Made by a program: the position numbers and the translations under genes. Below the pieces are notes generated by a model. It searched no databases. It was not told the DNA's origin and worked only from the letters and a program-made list of their open reading frames with translations. From the IMG/VR virus record IMGVR_UViG_3300012954_004455, positions 1 through 64,000 of that record: a stretch of DNA of 64,000 nucleotides. One strand, 5' to 3'. The stretch comes from a virus. Below, in pieces: positions 57,235-64,000 of the stretch (its first letter is position 1; each line of letters begins with the position of its first letter).

Positions 57235-60200
57235 ATGCCAAGAATATCAAGACGTTCTATTGATGCCATATACTCTGCTGACAACCTCGTTAACATTATA
57301 GGGACGGTTGTAAAACTAAAAAACAGCGGAGCTACTCTGTCAGGGAAATCCCCCTTTAAAAGCGAGAGAACAGCTTCTTTCATGTTAAACCCTCGTAAAA
57401 AGGTTTGGAAATGTTTCTCGACTGGAATTGGTGGCTCAAACTCAATCCAATTTCTTATGGAGTTGGAGGGATTGAGCTATCCAGAAGCAATAAAAAAAGC
57501 TGCAGGAATTCTTGGCATAACGATCGAATACGAAGGGGGGGATTCTGGCTCAAGCCAAAACCTAGAATACAAGCGAAAGAAAGAACTAGCCGATCGTTTA
57601 GAGCAAACAGCCATCTACTTCGGAGAAAGCCTGAAAGAAGGATCTCCTGCATCTAAATTCCTCTTAAAAGCGTTCTCAGAGCGTCTTAATGACGAAGTAA
57701 TAGAGGATTTCCAGATAGGATTCGCGAAAAAAGGATTCCTGCAGGAATTGAAAGCCGACGGAACCATCAGCGCAACGAAAGGAACAGGCATCCTTAAGGC
57801 TTTTGAGAATAGACTGATATTTCCCATACACAACAGTTGGGGGCAAGTAGTGGGGTTTGGCGCACGCATCATACCCAACGATCCAAAGCCCACACCAGGC
57901 AAATACATAAACTCTCCCGAAACCATCCTCTATAAAAAAAAGGAAAGCCTATATAACCTGAACAGGGCTAGGAGAACGATAATCAAAGAAGATAACACTT
58001 TCCTGGTCGAAGGCTATTTCGATGTTATTGCCATGCACAAAGCAGGGATACATAATGTAGCCGCTCCTTGTGGAACAGCATTAACAGAAAAGCAGATAGG
58101 GCTATTAAAACCACTCGGAAGAAGCATAACCATATGCTTCGACGGGGATAAGGAAGGCCAAAAGGCGACAGCAAGAGCTCTACTTCTCTGCTTAGAAGCT
58201 GGCTTGATGCCTAAAGTTGTAGCCTTAGAAGGCCAAGATCCTGAAGATTTCCTCTCCGACAAGGAACAAGAAAAAAAACAGGAAGCCATCAACAACCTAA
58301 CCGTTTCTTGGTTGGAATGGCTATGGGGGTTCATAAAGAAAAGTTCAAATACTTGGCAGACTCAAGATCGTATTGAGGCTGTCCAGAAAATTCAAAAGGA
58401 ATATCTAGCTAAAATCGAAAACCAGCTCCTACGAGAAGAACTCCTCCTCGATCTCGAAAAAGCATCGGGAATCCCCATCGAATCGCTCCAAGGAGAAGAC
58501 TTCTGGGAAAAGAGCACCTGGTTGAACTTCATCGCTCTTTGTGATCGATTGAAAATCAGCAGGGAAAACGAAGATTTCGCACCAGGGGAAGAAAACACCA
58601 TTTCTATATACAGAAGGAATCTGAAAGGAAAGATTACCCATAGTAGAAAGACATCCGACCAAGTAGTCAGTTATGGGGTATACCAGCCCCAAAAGCTAAG
58701 AAAAGCCAAAACACTAGGACAAATCCTTTTCCCTGGTCAATACAGGGAGGATTCGCTTTTTATGGTCGTAGACGAGGTGCTTGCTTACGTTCTAACCGAA
58801 TTGGGAGTTCCCTCGATAGGCATATCTCACATAGCTGGCTGGAAAACGGCACCCGACGGCAAGAAACTTCATCCCTCTCTAAAGGCGGCTCTAGCAGGAT
58901 ACAGAGAACTTATCTTTCTAGTCCCTTCACAACTTTGGGAGATCGCCGAAGGGGAAGAAGATAGCAGCTCTGTAATGAGTGAATCGGAAGAAGGGATCTT
59001 CGGCCTTATCACGGCACTCCAAGAAAGCGAACTTGAAGTAAATTTGAAATTGCTGTTCCCAAGAAAACCCACAGCAAGAACACAATCGCGATTCGTAGAA
59101 AAGAAACTCCTGGAATGGTATCAAGCAGTTACAGATCCCAAGGGGCGGCTGATTCGCAACCTGGACCTCAGTAGAGATCAGAAATCCCAAGTTTTCACAT
59201 TGAGAACCGTGGGCTATAACAGCCAAAAGAGTATTCGTGACTGGCTAGGGATAGATTCTCCAGACGATTGGAGAGAAATCCATCAACTGACATCCGATTT
59301 TGTGTTCCGTGGAACACAGTACAAGATATCTCCTACAACGGGGGATATCAGTATCGCGAAAACGAAAAACGAAATATCTTCTCTTTGGGAGGAAAATGGC
59401 ATGTACCATATAAAGAAAGGGGCTCGTAATTCGGAATCAATAAGCAACTTCACTTTCATAGATTGGCGACTCAAAATAACGGATGGAGTCGATCAGAAAG
59501 GGATGTTTCTGTTTCGGCGTTTTGATCGTCGGGATAAGTTCAGAATACTCATATCTTCCGAAGATTGGTTAAGCCCCAAGAGCTTAATCAAAAAGTTCCA
59601 AGCATACCCAAAAGCAAACCTCTCTTTCAAAGGTAGCGGCCAAGATCTCCTAGCTGTATATCACCTCTTGACTAAGAAAAACCCAAAGGAAGCAGAGCAA
59701 GTAAATAAAGCAGGTTGGGATAGTTCGCGGAATATATGGATTTGGGGTGGCGGTGGCTATACAACCCTGGAGGGGAAGTTCCATCCTGTAGACTCGGAAG
59801 GCACAGCCGACTGGGAAGGAACCAAGTTGTTTTGGCCCGGAGTCAGCAAACTGATCCCGAAAAAGGAACGAGAGAAGTACAAAGCCATGTCGATTATGGA
59901 ACATCGAGGGAAGGCAGATGTAAACTTCTCCAGTTGGGTCGAACGGTTTAGCTCCGTATATGAAAAGGGACTAACTGGAATCATCTTTCTGCTAGGAACC
60001 ATAAACGTACACATAATAGAAAAGAAGCTCCGTAAATACCCTGTCTTGCTTCTTACCGCTCCAAACAAGTTTGGGAAATCGGAATGGGTAGAAAGTCTAG
60101 GGGCAATTGCTCCCGTTATGACGCTCAACCATGGATCTGGAGCAACTAACGCATCTACTCGGGAGCATCTCTCTGCGTACAATAGCTGGTTTACTGTTTA

Positions 60201-61194
60201 TAATGAGCTGACAGCTAAGAAAGCAGAGTTCATTCAGAGCTTAATAAAGGCTGCCTATGATAGGCAAGCTCCTGCCAAGATGGATGCTAAAACGAGTTTT
60301 AGCACCATCGACTACCAGAAACCAACTGGTAGCATGATTGGGATCGCTCAAGATCGAGAACTCCTCTTCAAACGAGAAGAGGTTGGAGAGAGAGGGATAC
60401 ATGTCGAGCTTACCATCGCTCCAAAAGACAGATCAAGAGAAGAGAAAAGAAACTACCATTCCCTGAAAGCCCTAGAAGATAAAGGCTTAGGTCATCTAAT
60501 GGGAGAACTTCTCCCTCATACCAGGAATGTGGAACCCAATTTTAGAGAAAGATTCCTGGAGGTAAAAGAGTGTTTGTTGGATTTAGCTCCAGTCGGTATT
60601 AATGAACGGATTCTCGAATCATGGGCAATGATGCTCACTCCCACTTTTGCCATGATTGAATCTGGATTGGACTTCCCTTACACAAGCGAAGAATTATACC
60701 AATATGCGATAGCTGAAACGGCTGCGCAATCGGGAGCCATGGGTAAAGGAGGGATCGCGGAGATATTCTTCGACTGGCTATCATTGGCCACAAACCGAAG
60801 TGGCGTGAATGTCATAGGAGCCGTAGGAGCATATGTAGATACCACTAAGTTCCCTCAATACAAAGATGGCACCCTACACATCTCCCTGAAGAATGTTTAC
60901 CCCCTATTTCGGGAGTACCTAAGAAAGGTATTCCCCGAAATCCAAAATGTGAGCAAAAACGATCTCCAACGCAGGAAGCTCCGAGCGCATCCTGCGTTCC
61001 TGGAGAAAGAAAGTCGTGAAAATGGGGTCTGCATAGGCTATAAAACTGAAATTTCAACAAATGGACGAATCATCGTCAAAAATGGCCAACGAGGCCCCAT
61101 GAAGGTGACTGGGAGAGCCCTAGTCTTTGATCTCTCCAAAATCGACGCGGCGATCAATATCCAATATGCCTTCATAAACGATGACGAAGCATAA
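57235..61194 (+). CDS. DnaG-type primase fused to a P-loop ATPase/helicase-like domain
   Basis: RLIFPI...GFGAR...KYINSPET, VEGYFDV, FDGDKEG and QDPEDFL; degenerate Walker A TAPNKFGKS; homolog of 21943. Confidence 0.85.
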   Translation: MPRISRRSIDAIYSADNLVNIIGTVVKLKNSGATLSGKSPFKSERTASFMLNPRKKVWKCFSTGIGGSNSIQFLMELEGLSYPEAIKKAAGILGITIEYEGGDSGSSQNLEYKRKKELADRLEQTAIYFGESLKEGSPASKFLLKAFSERLNDEVIEDFQIGFAKKGFLQELKADGTISATKGTGILKAFENRLIFPIHNSWGQVVGFGARIIPNDPKPTPGKYINSPETILYKKKESLYNLNRARRTIIKEDNTFLVEGYFDVIAMHKAGIHNVAAPCGTALTEKQIGLLKPLGRSITICFDGDKEGQKATARALLLCLEAGLMPKVVALEGQDPEDFLSDKEQEKKQEAINNLTVSWLEWLWGFIKKSSNTWQTQDRIEAVQKIQKEYLAKIENQLLREELLLDLEKASGIPIESLQGEDFWEKSTWLNFIALCDRLKISRENEDFAPGEENTISIYRRNLKGKITHSRKTSDQVVSYGVYQPQKLRKAKTLGQILFPGQYREDSLFMVVDEVLAYVLTELGVPSIGISHIAGWKTAPDGKKLHPSLKAALAGYRELIFLVPSQLWEIAEGEEDSSSVMSESEEGIFGLITALQESELEVNLKLLFPRKPTARTQSRFVEKKLLEWYQAVTDPKGRLIRNLDLSRDQKSQVFTLRTVGYNSQKSIRDWLGIDSPDDWREIHQLTSDFVFRGTQYKISPTTGDISIAKTKNEISSLWEENGMYHIKKGARNSESISNFTFIDWRLKITDGVDQKGMFLFRRFDRRDKFRILISSEDWLSPKSLIKKFQAYPKANLSFKGSGQDLLAVYHLLTKKNPKEAEQVNKAGWDSSRNIWIWGGGGYTTLEGKFHPVDSEGTADWEGTKLFWPGVSKLIPKKEREKYKAMSIMEHRGKADVNFSSWVERFSSVYEKGLTGIIFLLGTINVHIIEKKLRKYPVLLLTAPNKFGKSEWVESLGAIAPVMTLNHGSGATNASTREHLSAYNSWFTVYNELTAKKAEFIQSLIKAAYDRQAPAKMDAKTSFSTIDYQKPTGSMIGIAQDRELLFKREEVGERGIHVELTIAPKDRSREEKRNYHSLKALEDKGLGHLMGELLPHTRNVEPNFRERFLEVKECLLDLAPVGINERILESWAMMLTPTFAMIESGLDFPYTSEELYQYAIAETAAQSGAMGKGGIAEIFFDWLSLATNRSGVNVIGAVGAYVDTTKFPQYKDGTLHISLKNVYPLFREYLRKVFPEIQNVSKNDLQRRKLRAHPAFLEKESRENGVCIGYKTEISTNGRIIVKNGQRGPMKVTGRALVFDLSKIDAAINIQYAFINDDEA

Positions 61195-61199
61195 CGATT

Positions 61200-61766
61200 A
61201 TGATCAATATCTTAAATAGAAAACAAGTCTTTTACATAGGGAGAGGGAAGCATTCTCCATTGGGGAACCCCTTCTCGCACCTGGCTAAAACCCCTAAAGA
61301 ATTCCTATGTAAAAATAGAGAGGAATCTATCCAGAAGTACAGAGTTTGGCTTCATCAGAAAATCAAAGAAAAAAACAAAGCCATAACGACAGAGCTAAAC
61401 AAGATCTACAAAGCTGCCAAACAAGGCGATGTTTACCTTGTCTGCTTCTGCTCTCCAAAACCTTGTCACGGACAAGTAATTCGGGAGCTAATCAACGAAA
61501 AATTGCCTCCCACTGAAGAAGAAAGACAATCTCAAGTAATCAGTGTAGTCGCAGAGCTAGAGAAGGGGATTCCCAAATGGAATGTGTTCGAAATAGTTAC
61601 GGACGGATCTGGGATGTGGGAGAAAGATAACCTGGTCATTCAGGAAGAAGGAGAATACCCAAACAAGAGATATTGGGTTGCTTGCCGATTAAGAGACAAG
61701 AAAGAAGCAAAAGACATGATACTCGCAGCGATTAAGGAGGATTCTTGTCTAGCTAACGAAGAATAA
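61200..61766 (+). CDS. DUF4326 domain protein with a C-terminal extension
   Basis: YIGRG..SPLGNPF...LVCFCSPKPCHGQV. Confidence 0.8.
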   Translation: MINILNRKQVFYIGRGKHSPLGNPFSHLAKTPKEFLCKNREESIQKYRVWLHQKIKEKNKAITTELNKIYKAAKQGDVYLVCFCSPKPCHGQVIRELINEKLPPTEEERQSQVISVVAELEKGIPKWNVFEIVTDGSGMWEKDNLVIQEEGEYPNKRYWVACRLRDKKEAKDMILAAIKEDSCLANEE

Positions 61767-61802
61767 AACCATCAACTAGAATACCATTAAAACAATCAAT
61801 AC

Positions 61803-62555
61803 ATGGAATTAATCAATGTCATCTTTAAAGACTATACGCCTCTGGTAAAAGAAGCTATTAAACACGGCTTAAGGATAAAAGACTGTGTCTATTATCATGT
61901 CGGGTATGAAATCCTCACAGACAAAGAAAGATCCGAACGCTTGAAGGCATTAAAGAAAAAAAAGAAAACGGCTCAGGAGAAGAAAATCTTACTTAACGAA
62001 ATAGTAAGCTTGGAAACAGCTAAAGTAATTCATGCCAACTTTCAGTATTTGGCAATACCTCCAGCATTAACCTCCCTACTAACAGAAAGAGGAGAGCATG
62101 TCATTCTCTTCAATAAGGAACACCTTTGGGCAAGAAGCACCATTGTTCCCCTAGAACGGGATCGTATCGCAAACAAGCTGATTGAAGAGATGGAAGAACG
62201 GGGAGCAAACCTCATTAAGCTGAAAATAGGAATCACCGATTTCGGCATTCAGATAAAAGAAAGCCCCCTTGGCAAACTTTATCCATGGGATAAACATAAC
62301 GCATGGATAGATCCATACAACCCACAAGAGCCTATTTGTCTAGAAAATCCGAACCTATTTAAAGTCGATCGTTACGGAAGAGTCCACGAACTGATATGTA
62401 AAGAAAGCGATATCAAGGAAGTGATAACTATTCTCCTAAAGAAGCTTCACGAATTTTACGTGCAAAAAGCCCAGCCTACCCTCGACTTAATAGCCAAACT
62501 AGGCGAACTAATTAAAAAGGAGTCTAATACAGAAAAAGATGACACCACTGAATAA
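61803..62555 (+). CDS. Hypothetical phage protein
   Basis: 250-aa ORF. Confidence 0.7.
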   Translation: MELINVIFKDYTPLVKEAIKHGLRIKDCVYYHVGYEILTDKERSERLKALKKKKKTAQEKKILLNEIVSLETAKVIHANFQYLAIPPALTSLLTERGEHVILFNKEHLWARSTIVPLERDRIANKLIEEMEERGANLIKLKIGITDFGIQIKESPLGKLYPWDKHNAWIDPYNPQEPICLENPNLFKVDRYGRVHELICKESDIKEVITILLKKLHEFYVQKAQPTLDLIAKLGELIKKESNTEKDDTTE

Positions 62556-63129
62556 GACAAAATATAACTTCCGAAAGTTCCCAGTTCCCTTGGAAGGATC
62601 AATTACCACTTACACCCTCAAATACGCAACGATTACAATCGAACAGACAGTCGATAACGAATTTCGTTTTCGTATAACTGTAAAGGGGGAGCGTCGATGC
62701 GACCTAGGCTTTCTGAGCGAGAATAAAACAACATTTCTACTGGATGTTGCCTATCAGTTGTTTGGCGGAATTGGGGAGGAAGGAACACTATCCCAATTCC
62801 TCACTTTCAAGGGGTTTTCAGTGACAGAAAAGTTTGGGATGATCGTAGCCAAAGTATTCTTCTCAATATTCGAAGAAGATTGCTCCCATTACCCAAAAGG
62901 GCTGGACGAGGAGAAAGAAGGCTTCTTCTTCTTTCGACACGGTTGGGAAGGAGCCTCCTTTATCATTGCTCCCTACTTCGCCGACGGCAAAAGGTTCCAA
63001 ATACTTTCGACTCGACAGCTTGTTTGTTATCCAAAACTCGAACACGCATTGTTAATATCCGAAACCGATGAAATCGGAGTCGGGAGCTTTCTAAACTTGG
63101 TTTCTGCACTCGATAAAAGAAGATCATAA
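62539..63129 (+). CDS. Hypothetical phage protein
   Basis: 196-aa ORF. Confidence 0.65.
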   Translation: MTPLNKTKYNFRKFPVPLEGSITTYTLKYATITIEQTVDNEFRFRITVKGERRCDLGFLSENKTTFLLDVAYQLFGGIGEEGTLSQFLTFKGFSVTEKFGMIVAKVFFSIFEEDCSHYPKGLDEEKEGFFFFRHGWEGASFIIAPYFADGKRFQILSTRQLVCYPKLEHALLISETDEIGVGSFLNLVSALDKRRS

Positions 63130-63347
63130 TGAAGAAGAAAAGATATGTATGCTCGTGTGGATGGTCTGGAGATACCTTTGACCTGAGCTGGGAAGTTGGA
63201 GAAAGAGACAACGCACCCGCTCCATATTATGCTTGGGGCGTCTGCCCTGAAGATGGCTGTACTGAAGATTTAGAAGAAATGTTTATAACAGAAGAAGATC
63301 TCCAGACCATCAAAGATGCTGGATGCGATATAACCACCATTGACTAA
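63129..63347 (+). CDS. Small Cys-rich (zinc-ribbon-like) protein, copy 1
   Basis: YVCSCGW...WGVCPEDGC. Confidence 0.65.
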   Translation: MKKKRYVCSCGWSGDTFDLSWEVGERDNAPAPYYAWGVCPEDGCTEDLEEMFITEEDLQTIKDAGCDITTID

Positions 63348-63372
63348 ACTCACCAAATAAAAGAGAATCATA

Positions 63373-63588
63373 ATGAAGAAGAAAAGATATGAATGCTCTT
63401 GCGGATGGGAAGGAAACAGTTTTCAGCTAAGCTGGCAAGTAGTAAAAGGGAAAAGATATGGTCGATACCGAGCTTGGGGGACATGCCCCCAAGCAAAATG
63501 CTCCTACGACCTAGAGAAAACCCATATAACGGAGAAAGAGGTGAATGCGCTGAGAAAAGCTAAAGCCGACATCTTTTGGCTTGAATAA
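63373..63588 (+). CDS. Small Cys-rich (zinc-ribbon-like) protein, copy 2
   Basis: YECSCGW...WGTCPQAKC. Confidence 0.65.
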   Translation: MKKKRYECSCGWEGNSFQLSWQVVKGKRYGRYRAWGTCPQAKCSYDLEKTHITEKEVNALRKAKADIFWLE

Positions 63589-63590
63589 TC

Positions 63591-63833
63591 ATGATTATGC
63601 ATGAATCCAGACCAGAACTAGACAGAATATTGGAGGATATCACGGAACGAATAGAAACATATCCTCGGGGTAAGTTCCCATCAACCAAAGACCTAGAAAT
63701 TCTCCAAAGACCCTCGATTCACACCCCCAAAGGGATAACAATGGTTGAAGCCATTCGGAGAATCAGAGAGCAGAAAAAGCGGACTTCAACAGGCATCCAA
63801 ATAATTAACTTGAATAACTCGAATTATGACTAA
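63591..63833 (+). CDS. Hypothetical protein, copy 1 of a pair
   Basis: PELDRILEDITERIETYPRGK. Confidence 0.6.
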   Translation: MIMHESRPELDRILEDITERIETYPRGKFPSTKDLEILQRPSIHTPKGITMVEAIRRIREQKKRTSTGIQIINLNNSNYD

Positions 63834-64000
63834 ATACCCAGCAGAGTTAGACAGAATCGCAGATAAGCTCGTCGAACGAATAGAAATCTACTCTTTGGGG
63901 AAGACCCTATCAATCAGAGATATAGAAATTCTCGAAGTAAGGTCTATTCCCATCCCCACAGGGAGAATCTACTTCGATAAAGAAGTCAATTCCGCCCGTT
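63826..64000 (+). CDS. Hypothetical protein, copy 2 of a pair; 3'-truncated
   Basis: MTKYPAELDRIADKLVERIEIYSLGK..., open to the window end. Confidence 0.6.
   Translation, partial: MTKYPAELDRIADKLVERIEIYSLGKTLSIRDIEILEVRSIPIPTGRIYFDKEVNSAR

Larger units (their letters stand above)
52296..64000. mobile_element. Prophage 2 (left part), related to prophage 1, continuing beyond the window
   Basis: Same order: att, repressors, Cro, hairpin-rich leader, early genes, primase-ATPase. Confidence 0.8.

Overview
Bacteroidota-like chromosomal window (TAnnTTTG promoter boxes, little Shine-Dalgarno signal). Host part, 1-12.1 kb: three tandem paralogous DUF4157 (eCIS-associated) proteins with C-terminal His-Me/NS_2-type nuclease motifs, a single SMI1/KNR4-like immunity gene, and fumC. 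Then two related prophages in tandem at the same att core, GTGGAA-TATACTG-TTC (12196 and 52296), which looks like the displaced 3' end of a tRNA-Ala or tmRNA. Prophage 1 (about 40.1 kb, apparently complete) has paralogous repressors, a Cro-like gene, many orphan early genes, a DnaG primase-ATPase fusion, siphovirus-like tail, terminase, portal and capsid genes, and a tyrosine integrase. Prophage 2 runs off the right edge. The most novel-looking signals: (i) a 6-unit array of 'GC stem - variable insert - stem - U-tract' putative small RNAs just after Cro; (ii) repressor arrays (2 and 3 copies) with diverged recognition helices and duplicated promoter/operator blocks; (iii) tRNA-like mini-structures upstream of both primase genes; (iv) a TGTCC-N27/28-TTG late-promoter motif, six copies; (v) a nested palindrome of about 320 bp; (vi) GC skew in prophage 1 opposite to the host flank. 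All calls come from reading the sequence by eye; no database searches or folding programs were run.
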